Source of the DNA: Chiloscyllium plagiosum | Taxonomy: Eukaryota | Direction: 5' to 3' | DNA: 64,000 nucleotides | Assembly (NCBI RefSeq): GCF_004010195.1 | Contig: NC_057750.1 | Location: 13,146,448 to 13,210,447 of the forward strand | Shown here: positions 12,616-25,745 of the stretch, piece by piece | How the letters are laid out: every line of letters begins with the position of its first letter | How positions within the stretch are numbered: the stretch's first letter is position 1 | Translations under genes and position numbers: made by a program | The notes under the pieces: generated by a model | Seen by the model: only the letters and a program-made list of their open reading frames with translations | Database searches by the model: none | What the model was told of the DNA's origin: nothing

Positions 12616-13486
12616 GCCACTGCCCTGGGTCGCCATTCTCTGCCCATGCCCTTTAACCCCACTGACCCTCAATCCTGGGGATGTCCCCCTGCCTTCCCTT
12701 ATACCCCTTGTCCTGCCCTGCTCTTGCTCTTCCCGCACCCTCCCCGCTCTGCCCCTCCTGTCGATTAGCCTCTGAACCTTCCCCTCCTCTTGGCTTGCCC
12801 CCTCAGCCCTGAATCTGCTCTGCTCACCCACCCCGATCCCTGGGGTCCGGGGGGCGGGGGGGGGCAGCAGTTGGGTTTCAAGAAAGTGCCAGTTTTAACT
12901 TGGCCTGGCGAAGGGGGGTTTGGCGCTAGATCCCTCCCTCCCTGTCCGCTGCGGGGCTGTGATGGGGGGGGGGGGGGTCGGATTTTGCCAGCCCCCCCCA
13001 TTGCCCCCGCCCCCGGCTCTGTGCTCACCTGTCTTGGCAAGTGGTTACCTACAGAGGGCGACGATTAATGGTTCACGAGTAGTTGCCATCCCTGAGACAG
13101 TAGCCCCTTTAAGATAGGCCTGCTCCAAACTCTCACTACCTTGTGAGATGGGAGACACAGTCGGGAGGAAAGGCAAGGTGCAGATTTATCCTGAGCTGTA
13201 AATCTCCCTGACGGATATTTGCATATAGTCATTTGGATTCACGGTCGACTTAATTGAGCCATCCATCTAAGCCAGGAGCTGTAATGTATAAACAAGGGTC
13301 CCTCAGCCTGCTAAATATTAAATATATGTTAATGAGTGTTAGGAGCAGGTCAACACTGCATGTAAATGATGCTCACTTAGTTTGAGTCAATCTGAACAGT
13401 GCTTTTCCGACATTTGAAAACAGTGATGGATTCTATTTGTAACGGAGAGATGGATGAGAGGCAAGTCTTAGTTCATCACTCACGCA

Positions 13487-13905
13487 GAGTCATCGAGTCA
13501 TACAGCACAGGAACAGACCTTTCAGTCCAACTAGTCCGCGCCGAGCAGATATCCTAAATTAATCTAGTCCCATTTGCCAGCACTTGGCCCATATCCCTCC
13601 GAACCCTTCCCAATCATATACCCATCCAGATGCCTTTTAAATGCTGTAACTCTGACGCTCCAGGGAAAACAGCTCCAGCCTGTCCTGCCTCTTCCTATAG
13701 CTCCAATCCCGGCAAATCTTTTCTGAACCCTTTCAAGTTTCACAACATCAAGGCCAGAATTGAATGCAAGCTTCGAAAAGTGGCCTATCCAACATGACCT
13801 CCCCAACTCCGGTACTCAACGCTCTAACCAATAAAGATAAGTGTACCAAATGCCTCGTTCCCTACCTGTGACTCCACATCCAAGGAACGATGAGCCTGCA
13901 CTCCC
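13487..13905 (-). mobile_element. CR1/HER1 LINE 3' fragment, internally deleted
   Basis: Minus-strand VVKLERVQKRF and the shared 3' UTR. Confidence 0.8.
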
Positions 13906-14299
13906 AATATGGCGGCTTTGACACAGCTGTCAGGGTCTCAGTCTATTCCTCAGTTAATATGTTCTGGGATTGTTGTTTCAAATCCCACCAAACGAACAGA
14001 CGGAATTTAACTGCGCTGAATAAATCTAGAATTATAAAGCCAGAAGCGATATTCAGATTATCATCACTTGCTATTTCATTCAATAAGCTTCCAGTTACCT
14101 GCCACTTCATCACTCTGTCCTGTTCCTTGGCGAACATCTCTATCTCAGGTTTACTGCAGTGCTGCAGGGAAACTCAGCGCAAGTTGGGAGGACAGCACCT
14201 CAATTTCCGTTTGAGGACCCTGCAGCCTTCAGCACTCAACACTGACTTTGGGTTTGAACAGCTTCTCCCAGGTCCTTCTCCCAACCCCCACACCCTGTC

Positions 14300-14870
14300 A
14301 TCATCCATGGCTCAACAACGTCCCTTCTCCCTCAGGCAGCTGAGGGAATTTGGCATGACGGTGAATACCCTTACCAACTTTTATAGGTGTGCCATCGAGA
14401 GCATCTGTCTGGATGTACCACTACCTGGTATGGCAACTGTACCATTCAAGAGCGGAGGTGGTTACAGAGAGTGGTGAACTCGGCCCGGACAATCACAAAG
14501 GCCAACCTCCCATCTACAGAACCCATCTACCAGGCCCCGCTGTCAAGGAAAGGCTGGCAGCATTCTCAAAGATCCATCCCACCCTGGCAATGTTTTTCTA
14601 CAACCTTTACCATCGGGGAGAAGGTACAGAAGCCTGAACACACGCACCAGCCGGTTTCAAAACAGTTTCTACCCTACTGTTGTTAGAATAGTGAATGGAC
14701 TCACAAACTCTTCACATTCTCCTGTACCTGTGTTTTTGTTTTTGCTGCTGTTTACCTATTATTTACTTATCTATCGCTACTTAACTCTGTGACCTGCCTG
14801 TATTGCTCGCAAAACAAAGCTTTTCACTGTGCCTCGGTACACGTGACAACAAATTCAATTCAATTCAAAT
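14300..14870 (+). mobile_element. Rex1/Babar LINE 3' fragment, preceded by a degenerate PLE endonuclease remnant (about 14090-14260)
   Basis: LRQLREFGM, TLTNFYRCAIESI, TTWYGNC motifs and a (CAATT)n tail. Closely similar to 31840-32128. Confidence 0.88.
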
Positions 14871-15390
14871 AATTTCAAGTTTAGCCATCTGCATGCTGTT
14901 CTATTGTCAATAAAGACCGAGTGTTTGTCAGAATAAGCTGTGCTGAATTTTTTGTTGACCTTGTTTAGCTCTCACAGTCTAGTTGCTGTTTTTAAACCCA
15001 CCTTCTGCCCTCACACCAGCTCAGCACTTCTCACAGAAGAACCCTTCAAACAGGGGGAGGTGCACCCTCAGGAGTCCTGAGGAAGAGGACTATCTTTCTC
15101 TGAGGAAGATTTTCCTTTATCTCTGAGAAAGCCGGTGGGTATTGGGTGCCCAATAGCGTTGGGTATTTCACTGAAAGGGCATCATTGCTGCAGTGAGGGA
15201 GCAGGGGCGGGGGGTGATGAGATGGTGTTACCATTGGACTCATGACACGCAGCCCCAGTTTTATACCCCAGAATCAAATCCCACCCAGGTCTACAAATGA
15301 CGGTCACTCAATGAACTAATTTGAAATTGGAAGCTAGTCTCAGCAATGGTGACCAGGACACTATAATTGATTGTTATAAAATAATTGTTG

Positions 15391-15722
15391 GGGCAATATG
15401 GTCACTCAGTGGTTAGCACTGCTGCCTCACAGCGCCGGGGACTGGGGTTCGAGTCCAGCCTCGGGTGACTGACTGTGTGGAGTTTGCACGTTCTCCCCGT
15501 GTCTGCGTGGGTTTCCTCCGGGTGCTCCGGTTTCATCCCACAGTCCAAAGATTGGCCATGCCACGCTGCCCATAGTGTCCAGGGATTTGTAGGCGAGGTG
15601 GCTTAGCCATAGGAAACGCAGGATTGTAGGGTAGAGGGGTGGATCTGGGAGGGATGCTCTTCAGAAGATCAGTGTGGACTCGCTGGGCCAAATGGCCTGT
15701 TTCTACACTGTAGGGATTCTGT
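15391..15722 (+). mobile_element. HE1-type V-SINE
   Basis: tRNA-like head, V-domain and CR1-like tail. Confidence 0.88.
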
Positions 15723-15872
15723 GAGCAGTAGGGAGGGGGCATGGATCGAAGGTGAGGGGCAGGAGATGTGAGGCAAGACATTTTCACCCAGAGAGTGGTG
15801 GGAATGTGGAACTGTAATGGTGGTAGGTAACACTCATAACATTGAAGAAGTATTTAGCTGTGTACTTGTGAA

Positions 15873-17015
15873 CTGAAAATGTGTTGCTGGAAAAGTGCAG
15901 CAGGTCAGGCAGCATCCAAGGAGCAGGAGAATCGACGTTTCGGGCATGAGCCCTTCTTCAGGAATGAGGAGGGTGTGCCAAGCTGGCTAAGATAAAAAGT
16001 AGGGAGGAGGGACTTGGGGGAGGGGCATTGGAAATGCGATAGGTGGAAGGAGCTTAAGGTGAGAGCGATAGGCCGGAGTGGGGGTGGGGGCGGAGAGGTC
16101 CCAACAATGCCAGTCTCTTCGTAGGGTATGTGGAACAGTCCATCTTCCACAGCTACACTGGCACCACCCCCCACATTTTCCTCCGCTACATCAATGACTG
16201 TATCGGCGCTGCCTCATGCTCCCACGAGGAGGTTGAACAGTTCATCCACTTTACCAACACCTTCCACCCCGACCTCAAATTTACCTGGACCGTCTCAGAC
16301 TCCTNNNNNNNNNNNNNNNNNNNNNNNNNNNNNNNNNNNNNNNNNNNNNNNNNNNNNNNNNNNNNNNNNNNNNNNNNNNNNNNNNNNNNNNNNNNNNNNN
16401 NNNNNNNNNNNNNNNNNNNNNNNNNNNNNNNNNNNNNNNNNNNNNNNNNNNNNNNNNNNNNNNNNNNNNNNNNNNNNNNNNNNNNNNNNNNNNNNNNNNN
16501 NNNNNNNNNNNNNNNNNNNNNNNNNNNNNNNNNNNNNNNNNNNNNNNNNNNNNNNNNNNNNNNNNNNNNNNNNNNNNNNNNNNNNNNNNNNNNNNNNNNN
16601 NNNNNNNNNNNNNNNNNNNNNNNNNNNNNNNNNNNNNNNNNNNNNNNNNNNNNNNNNNNNNNNNNNNNNNNNNNNNNNAAGGAATTGGGAATATGGGATG
16701 GCGTTTTTACAGGGGGCAGGGTGGGAGGAGGTGTAGTCTAGGTAGCTGTGGGAGTCTGTCGGTTTATAATAAATGTCCGTGTTGATTCAATCGCCCGAGA
16801 TAGAAATGGAAAGGTCTAGGAAGGGGAGGGAGGAGTCTGAGACGGTCCAGGTAAATTTGAGGTCGGGGTGGAAGGTGTTGGTAAAGTGGATGAACTGTTC
16901 AACCTCCTCGTGGGAGCACGAGGCAGCGCCGATAAGGTCATCGATGTAGCGGAGGAAAAGGTGGGGGGTGGTGCCAGTGTAGCTGCGGAAGATGGACTGT
17001 TCCACATATCCGACA
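15873..17015. mobile_element. Penelope-like element: pseudo-LTR plus two oppositely oriented RT fragments across a gap
   Basis: Plus-strand FLRYINDCIG...FTNTFHPDLKFTW (16130-16304) and minus-strand FLRYIDDLIG...LKFTWTVSDSSLPFLDL (16787-17015), PLE-type RT YIDD region. Confidence 0.9.
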
Positions 17016-17689
17016 AGGTGCACTTGTGAAGCCAAGGTATACAGTTGGGAAATGGGATCAGATTAGTTAGGTGGTGCAGATACAATAGGCTGAAAGGCCT
17101 TTGTCTGTCCTGGTGATCTCTTTGACTCGAGAGTAACAGAGAATGGTGAGGCCAGAGGATGGCTGTCGTTCAACCTGTAGTGGCAACAAAGAGGAGCTGA
17201 ACAATGTAAGGGCTAAAAGGAAGAGGGCTAAAATGATGGCTAAAGAGGGCTAAATCTTCCTGGGTCCATTGCCAGGCCAGGCCGATACCTCACCAAGGAG
17301 TGATTGAAGGCTGTAGTCAGATTCTCTAAGGAAGTCGGTGTGTTGTTTAACAAAGACAATACAGCAGGTAAATGAATGGTGATTTATTGTCACTTGCGCT
17401 CTATAATGAACATACACCTCACCAGAATCCGCCGCCATTCAAATAATTCCAACATAAAACAATAAAGCTGAAAGAGAGTCCATCTTCACTCTGCTGTCTG
17501 CACCATGTGTCCCAAGCCCAGAGCCAACCGGCCAACCACACCCACACCAGCCCAACCAACCTCGAAGTTGCCACACTTCAGGCTCCATCTCTTTGTCGCT
17601 GGGCCCACCTCACTCATGGGCCACTGGCACCAGGCACTGTCCTGGAGCCACATTCACCCCACAACTAGGAGATCTTGGCTCCAAGCCTA

Positions 17690-18355
17690 TCGCAACCAGG
17701 AGTCCCTGCTCTGGGCCTATCACAACCTGGAAACCCTGGCACCGCCACCGCCTCACTGATAATCAGGAGGCCCTGTTCCGGGCCTACCACACCCAGGACC
17801 TGCCGCCACTACCTGACTGATAACCAGGAGTCCCTGCTCCAGGCCTACCACACCCAGGAGTTGCCACCACTACCTCACTGATAACCAGGAGTTCCTGCTC
17901 CAGGCCTACCACACCCAGGAGTTGCCACCACTACCTCACTGATAACCAGGAGTTCCTGCTCCGGGCCTACTGCAACCAGGAGCTGCATCCACTGCCTCAC
18001 TGATAACCAGGAGTCCCTACTCCGGGCCTACCACACTCAGGGGCTGTCACTGTTGCCTCACTGATAATCTGGAGTCCCTGCTCCTGGCCTACCACACTCA
18101 GGGGCTGTCACTGTTGCCTCACTGATAACCAGGAGTCCCTGCTCCGGGCCTACCACACTCAGGGGCTGTCAATGTTGCCTCACTGATAACCAGGAGTCCC
18201 TGCTCCTGGCCTACCACACCCAGGGGCTGTCACTGTTGCCTCACTGATAACCAGGAGTCCCTGCTCCTGGCCTACCTCAACCAGGCGCTGCTGCCACCAC
18301 CTCAACAAAAATCAGGAGTCCCTGCTCCGGGCCTACTGCAACCAGGAGTCCCTGG
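17690..18355 (+). repeat. 61-bp minisatellite, about 11 copies
   Basis: The CCTCACTGATAACCAGGAG-like anchor (minor variants) recurs at 17751, 17812, 17873, 17934, 17995 and onward. Confidence 0.95.
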
Positions 18356-19039
18356 CTCCGTTGCTAGACCAGGCCAGGCCAACGCCTCACTAAGCGTCTC
18401 CCTCTCAGTAAACGTTTGGTTGTGTTCCAAAAAGAAAGCTTCTGAAAGCCACTGGAGCCGACGGAGTAGAGGCAGCTTTAGCTGAACTTACTCTTCCCCG
18501 CCTGATTGAGCCTTGACATCTCTCAAGGCCGTTAGCTTCTCACGAACCTTCGTTTCCCGACACAAAGGCCAGTTCGGGAGCCAGTAAACATTGGTTATAC
18601 CACTCAGCAGCAGAGAAGTAATTTGTGTACGAGTATTGAAAGTACGAGGCTGAAAATGGGTCTGACAAACATCTCTACGGCTGGGCCTCATTAGGGCAAA
18701 TGATCCCAGTGTGACCCTGTACCGAAACTAAATGTTCGCCGTCATTTTAAGATCTAATAGCTAATAAAATGGGGTTTAAAAACAAGATGGTCCAATCTAC
18801 CTCCTGGTAGTTGCAGGGTCCCATTTTGGGCAGGGATGAGGAGAAGGCCTGTTCTTCTCTCAGAGCTCTGTAGACCAGGTGCCCTTTAAGGTAGAGATCA
18901 TTGGATTCTTGACTGACGAAGGAGTCAAAGCATAAGGTGGGAGGTAGCCAGGAAAGTGCCATTGAGACCATAATCAGATCAGCCACAATCTTTGGTGAAT
19001 TGGTGAAACGTGGTCAACAATGCTCATCCAGGAGCCAAA

Positions 19040-19260
19040 AGTCAAAAAGTGTGGTGGGGGAAAAGCACAGCCAATCAGACAGCATCTGAAGAGCAGGATA
19101 GTCAATGTTTCGAGCATAAGATCTTCATCATTCCTGATGAAAGGGCTTCTGCCTGAAACGTCGACTCTCTCGCTCCTCGGATGCTGCCCGACCCAGCTGT
19201 GCTTTCCAGCGCCACACTTTTTGACTCTGATCTCCAGCATCCGTACACCTCACATTCTCC
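19040..19260. mobile_element. Family-A Penelope-derived inverted pair with hammerhead core
   Basis: CCTGATGAAAGGGCTTCTGCCTGAAACGTCGA at about 19132-19163 with inverted arms. Confidence 0.75.
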
Positions 19261-20944
19261 CCAATGGAGCCAAGAGTGACCGTTGTAGCCCTAAGTGCTG
19301 GCAACACCACATCCGGACCTTGAGGCAAACAGAGGGTCTTGGAAGTTGGTTCCATTGGACTGCGTATGCGCACTTCCTCAGCCAGCCATCGAGAGGAGCT
19401 CCTTCAGGAGGACCTGCCTCCATTCAGAGAAGTGAAGCCATTGGCCAGTGAGTGGAGGAGGCCGCTCCCAAAAGACCAGGTGAAAGTCGGCCATTTTGCG
19501 TCACTAAAGTGTGAAAGGAGACAATCACGTCACTGTTTCAGCCCAAACCTTCATCCATTATGACTAGTGTTTGACAAACTGAATGCATCACCAATTCGGC
19601 AACCGTTACCTCCTGTCATCGGCCGTCGACATAACGTTTTGGACAGTCTGCAGTTTTGTTTCACAGCAGGATTGTAAAATACCTTGAAGGGACAAGTTAG
19701 GGGACAAGACTGTATGTGACCTAATGGAGCAAGCTTCTCAGGCCCCATCTTACTGAGCTCTGTCCCCCTGAAGCATGACAGGCAGGGTGTGGGTGCTGCA
19801 CACACAAACTGGTTCACTTGAGCCCAGTAGCCTTTGGTTGTCATTCGCATTTAAAATCGAGGAGCCGTGATAAAAGTTTATCGAACTCTTTAGCTCTACG
19901 TCTTTACGTGACCAGAGCTATAATACACAGGAGAGTATGGTGGTCACACTGGGATAGTTAATGCTGAGGTGTTTCAGTGGGGATACTTTGTCCAACTTTA
20001 CGTATTGAAGAAACCCATCTGAAAATCAAAGAAGAAGATTTTCTACATGTAACAATCTCGCCCAAGACCATTTCAGTTTCAGTTTTAAAGCTATTTCCAA
20101 GGTGCATGTTTTGAATGTGTGCAGCATTGCAAGAGGAAACAGATTGAAATCTCTAAAAAGCCAACTGTATATTATTGACACTTCATTGACAGATGTCTGT
20201 CCAGGAATGGGAAGGCTGGGTGGGTTAGACATGGGAAAAATGTAGGGTTACAGGGATAGGGTAAGGGGGCTGGGGGGTGGGTGGGATGCCCTTCGGAGGC
20301 TCGGTGTGGACTCGATGGGCCGAATGGCCTGCCTCCACACGGCAGGCATTCTATGAGAAGCTGGCACCTAACCGTCTCTAAGTTACCCTGGCAGTCTGGG
20401 ATGGAGGTGTAGGGAGAGATTTCCAGAGCTTCGGGCCTAGCTTAGGCCCTCTTCAGTTCTCCCCTCAGAGGCAGATCTCACTGCACTATGGGTAGGGGAA
20501 AGGAGAGTAAGTCCCTCGCTGGAGCAGGAATCAACCCCACCCCCCCCCCCTGCTGTTAATACCAATCTGATCCAGACCTGGGCACCCCCATCTCCGTTAG
20601 GAGTGGGAGTTATGTTGACTTTGTACATGAGCATGGAGCTGTGGATAGTGATAGGAGAGGTTACATCCCAGCCCATGCTGTGACCAGAACCGCAAAGCAA
20701 GCGGGTTGGGCTGGGAGTCCGTGAGCCACCGCAGTCTGCGGTTATAGGGGATCACCACGAGCAGCACCCTCCGCCCCATAACCCCCTGGGAAAGAGGTAG
20801 GACTCCCACTTAGAGAGCCCCCTGCCGGGGAAATCCCCTGTCAGCTGGGGCTCCTTGATTGACCCAGGTCAACAGCCCCAGTCAAAGGTCTCAGAATCAA
20901 TCAGGTCCACCCATTTCCAATCGCGACACCTACCAACTGGTCAC

Positions 20945-21225
20945 CATCTGGGGACCTGGCTTCGAATCTTGTCACGGCTGACGGTGGAATTTGAATTCGA
21001 TAAAAATATGGAATTAAGAATCTAATGATGATTGTGAAGCCGCTACTGATTGTCAGGGAAGGAACGCACCTGGTTCACAAAGGAATTAGGGAAATCTGCC
21101 ATCCTTACCCGGTCTGGCCCACCCATGACTCCAGCCCCAACGTGGTTGATACTTAACTGCCCTTTGGGTAATTAGGGATGGGCAATAAATGTTGGGCCCT
21201 CATCCCATGAATGAATAACAAAGAA
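20945..21225 (+). mobile_element. Deu-domain SINE
   Basis: GGAAATCTGCCATCCTTACCCGGTCTGG...TAGGGATGGGCAATAAAT tail. Confidence 0.65.
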
Positions 21226-22544
21226 CAAACAGGGATGTTCAAAAGGCCAGAAATTGGCACAGTGTGAGACACCCTCAGAGGGTTCCAGAGCCACGGTCGG
21301 ATTTGAGAATGAGGATGGAAAGCTTACGTTGCCAAATGGGGAGCTGATGGAGGTCAGCAACAGAGAGATGATGGAGGAAAGAGACTCTCTGTGTGTTAAG
21401 AAATGGCGACACCTCTACAGAGGTAGGAAGGGAGCTGGCCACCATTGGATATATCATCTCAAATGGTCCTCTACAGCAGGACAGTCAAACCCCCGCTTGT
21501 TAGAGACCTCTGCCTCGCTGGTGAGTTGGGATCCTTCCTCATGTGCAGGTCTGTAACTGAAAGTGACTACCTTCAGCAAGGTAGCCAGGAGAGAAGCTAA
21601 GCCCCCACCAGGTTGGGTGTTGAGGCGATTTTGTAAATGAACGAGCAAATCCGATCATACTCAGTCAAATCCATCCATCCTCCAGCACAATCAATATGTT
21701 TGCAGTGAATCACACTTTAATTGCTATCATCCCTTTTGCTAATTGCTTCGATTGGAAAACACAATGGAATTCTATTGAGCAGCGACTAATTACTTGGCAA
21801 TTTGCGAAGAAAATTATTGTTTTAATCCTCGAAAGCTTCGAGCCCCGGCACCCGCTCCGACAATCTGTCCAACCTGGTTCCTTTCTCCAGCGGGCAACGG
21901 ACTGAGGCCATTCAGCCTTCAGATCCGTCTTGCTGTTCCAGGTCATGGCTGAGTTGGTGGCAATGCCGGGCAGGGGCATGGTTGAGGCCCGTATTGGCAT
22001 CTAAATGTGTGGGACCAGCCTCACGCGGAAGCCTGACTGGTAGGCCGCCGCTCGCCCTCTGCTCCCCACCCCAAAGTCTTGGGCCGGGCTGGGGTGGGGG
22101 GTGTGCGTGGGGGAAGGTGGTCATCTCTTTCCCTCGATCGCCCTGTTTCAGACGCAAAACAACGACGTTCTTCTACCATTCCAATCACCTCCCCCCCACC
22201 CCCGGCCCCCCTACCCCCACCCCAAGTATAAGTGTTTCAGGTTCTGGATTTCAAATTGCGAACCAGCTGCTTGGATTATATCGAACAAGGGAAATAATCA
22301 GGAGCTGACGTGACAGAGATCAGAGATCGAAGACCTTGGAAAACAGACGCCAATCGTGAATTAACAAAGAGGGATGGGACGGGAGATTGCGGTGTTATGA
22401 GGGAGCCCTGGGCAGAGAGGTGCCAATCAGAATTGGGGAGAGAGGTGAGACCGCACCCAAAAGCCCTGGCCCCAACTCCACTCCCCCTTCCCACCTGCCT
22501 CCTATAAGCCCCTCCTTGAGCAAAACGTCTTGATTCCTTGTCTA

Positions 22545-22880
22545 TTCACTCACAGGATGAGGGCATCACTGGCTAGGCCTGGCATTTTTTTGCCCATCCC
22601 CAGAGGGTGGTTGAGAGTCAACCACGCAGCTGTGGAGTCACAGGTAAGGCAGACTAAGAATGGACAACAGATTTCCCTCCCTGAAGGACATTAGTGAGCC
22701 AGATGGGTTTTTTTTCTGGCGATCAACACTGGTTCCATGATCATCCTTAACTGCTTAATTCATTCAATTTAACTGCCACCCTTTTCCCTGGCAGGTTTCG
22801 AACCCAGGTCCCTGGAACATTAGCTGGGTTTTCAGATTAATAGCCCAGCGATTACTCCACTAAGCGATCGCCTTCCCCAT
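22545..22880 (-). mobile_element. Deu-domain SINE
   Basis: Reverse-complement homolog of 20945-21225 and 46945-47280. Confidence 0.65.
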
Positions 22881-23079
22881 AGCGAATGACACCAGCCTAA
22901 CTACTCTCTGGGGACAAGGATTCCACAGAGTTAATGAACATCTGAGAGATTAAAATAAACTGCCCTCATTCTCAGCCTTAGATGGAAGGCCCCGAATTAC
23001 TAACCTGTGCCCCGTAGTCTGAGATTCAAGAGGAAATGTTCAGAGCAGATCTGAGGTGCTGAATGGCCTACTCCACCTT

Positions 23080-23660
23080 ATTATCCAAATGGCGCTTGAT
23101 TTGGGAAAGGGACATGGATGTCTTTGATCACACATCGTTGGAAGTGAACATAGAGGTGCAGCAGCTGGTGAAGCAGGCAAATGGTATGTTGGCCTCAGAG
23201 TGAGAGGATTGGTCTACAGGAGCAGGGATGTCTCACTGCAATTACACAGGGCCTTGGTGGGACCACACCTGGAGTATTGTGTGCAGTTCTGGTCTCCTCA
23301 TCTGAGGAAGGATGTTCCTGCTATGGAGGGAATATAGTGAATGTTTACCAGACCGAATCCTGGGATGGCAGCGCTGACGTGTGAGGAGAGGTTGAGTCAG
23401 TAATGATTGTACTCATTGGAGATTGGAAGGATGAGGGGGAAATCTCGGAGAAACCTATAAAATTCTAACGGGGCTAGAGGGGTAAACACAAGAGCGATGT
23501 TCCCGATGAGCGGGGAGTCCAGAGCAAGAAGGTCACCGTCTAAGGATACGAGAGGAGAGACATGTCTTCACCCAGAGAGCTGGGAGCCTGTGGGATTCAC
23601 TCCCACAGAAAACGGTTGAGGCCAAACTCTGAATGTTTTCAAGAAGGCGTTAGATTGAGT
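23080..23660 (+). mobile_element. CR1 LINE fragment
   Basis: PHLEYCVQFWS-like motif. Confidence 0.8.
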
Positions 23661-23840
23661 TACATAGAACATAGAAAAGTACAGCACAGAACAGGCCCTT
23701 TGGCCCTAAAGAACCTACCTCTGACGTCTCCTTTATACCTTCCTCCTAATATCTTCAAACTATGACTCCTCGTACCAGTCAATCCTGCCGTGGGGAAAAG
23801 TCTCTGGCTATTGACTCTATCTATTCCTTGCATTATCTTA

Positions 23841-24347
23841 GTTAAAAATCACACAACACCAGGTTATAGTCCAACAGGTTTAATTGGAAGCACTAGCTTT
23901 CGGAGCGACGCTCCTTCATCAGGTGATTGTGGAGGGCTCGATCATAACAGAATTTATAGCAAAAATTTACAGTGTGATGTAACTGAAATTATACATTGAA
24001 AAATTGATTGTCTGTTAAGCCTTTCATCTGTTAGAATACAGTGATAGTTTCACTGCTTTCATGTGTAAGTCACAAAACCTTTTTTTAAAAAAGTTGCATT
24101 CTTGGCTTAGCTGTGAACAATGGTGATAGCTAGACAATATGTCAATTTTTCAATGTATAATTGCAGTTACATCACAGAACTTTTGCTAGAAATTCTGTGT
24201 TAGGATCGAGCCCTCCACTACCACCTGATGAAGGAGTGTCACTCCGAAAGCTAGTGTGCTTCTAATTAAACCTGTTGGACTATAACCTGGTGTTGTGTGA
24301 TTTTTAACTTTGTACACCCCATTCCAACACCGGCATCTCCAAATCAT
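23841..24347. mobile_element. Family-B Penelope-derived element with about 165-bp inverted arms, inserted in a minus-strand CR1 (about 23662-24785)
   Basis: Arms at 23841-24008 and 24142-24308 are reverse complements, and each carries CTGATGAAGGAG..CTCCGAAAGCTA. Confidence 0.8.
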
Positions 24348-25429
24348 CTCATTGTCTTGCATACCTCGATCAGGTCTCCTCTCTTCCTCCTTCTCTCCAG
24401 AGAGAAATGTCCAAGCTTATTCAACCTTTCTTCATAAGGCAAGCCAGCGTCCAGGCAGCGTCCTGGTAGATCTTCTTTGCACCCTCTCCAAAGCCTCTGT
24501 ATCTTCCCTATAGTAGGGCGACCAGAAAGCCTCTGTATCTTCCCTATAGTAGGGCGACCAGAACTGGACACAATATTCCAATTGCGGTCTCACCAGGGAC
24601 TTGTAGAGCTGTAGCAAAACCTCACGGCTCTTAAACTCGATTCCCCCTGTTAATGAAAGCTAAAACACTATATGCTTTCTTAACAACCCTATCCACTTGA
24701 GTGGCAACTTTGCGGGATCTATGTACTTGCACACCCAGATCCCTCTGTTCCTCCACACTGCCAAGAATCCTGTCTTTAATCCTATAGTTCTTAGCGCTAA
24801 AGGGATCAGAGGATATGGGGGAGGAAGCGGGAACAGGGGACTGAGTTGGACAATCAGCCATGATCATACTGAATGGGGGAGCAGGCTGGAAGGGCCGAAT
24901 GGCCTCCTCCTGCTCCCATTTTCTATCCTCCAATATTTCAATGTAACTGCAGCTTTGAAAAATTGGCGTCATTTTTTGATGGGTGAGTATGTCTCAGGAC
25001 GTGGAGGAAAGGCAAGCAAATGGGTACTTTTCTTTTGTTCTCTTCACGGGATGTGGGCAAGGGCCAGTCCATCCCCAATTACCCCTGAACTGATTGGCTG
25101 TCTCGGCCACATTGGCTGTGGGTCTGGAGTCACACAGAGGCCAGACTGGGTAAGGACGGCAGATTTCCCTCCTGAAAGGGCATCAGTCAACCAGATGCAG
25201 AAAGAGAAATAGCTGGAGAAACTCGGCAGGTCGGGCAGCATCGATGGGGGGAATGCAGAGTTAACGTTTCACGTTTAGTGGCCCTTCAGAACGGGTTGTC
25301 TCTTGGAAAAGGGTGGGAAGGAGTTACATGTGTGAGGATAGGTGGAGATGGAGCTCAGAGAGCGTGAGAAAGACAGTTTGGCAGACAAATGGTTGGATAA
25401 TAATAAGCCAGGGAAGTAGAAAAGCTGAT

Positions 25430-25745
25430 AGCCATAGAATCCCTAAAGTGTGGAAGAAGGCCATTTGGCCCATCAGCAGAACACCACTCCTCCAAAGAGG
25501 ATCCTGCCCAATCCCTGCAATCCTACGTTCCCCATGGCTAGCCCACGCATTCCTGGATGCTACAGGAAAGTCAGCATGGCCAAATGGCCCTAAACTGCAC
25601 ATCTTTGGACTGTGGGAGGAAACCCACGCAGACACGGGGGGGGAGAATGTACAAACTCCACACAGACAGTCGCCCGAGGTTGGAATCGGACCCGGGTCCC
25701 CGGCGCTGTGAGACTGTAAGTGCTAACCACTGAGCCACCGTGCCA
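25430..25745 (-). mobile_element. HE1-type V-SINE
   Basis: Reverse complement of the head and V-domain. Confidence 0.85.

Noticed and set aside
17690..18355. Repetitive coding exon or CRISPR array
   Set aside because: The 61-bp period is not a multiple of three, stops recur and there are no spacers.
21254..21556. 100-aa acidic ORF (ENEDGKLTLPNGELMEV)
   Set aside because: No recognisable homology or convincing splice-site pair.
24490..24562. 36-bp tandem duplication in a CR1 (also a 21-bp one near 41112-41152)
   Set aside because: Ordinary slippage-type duplication with no sign of function.
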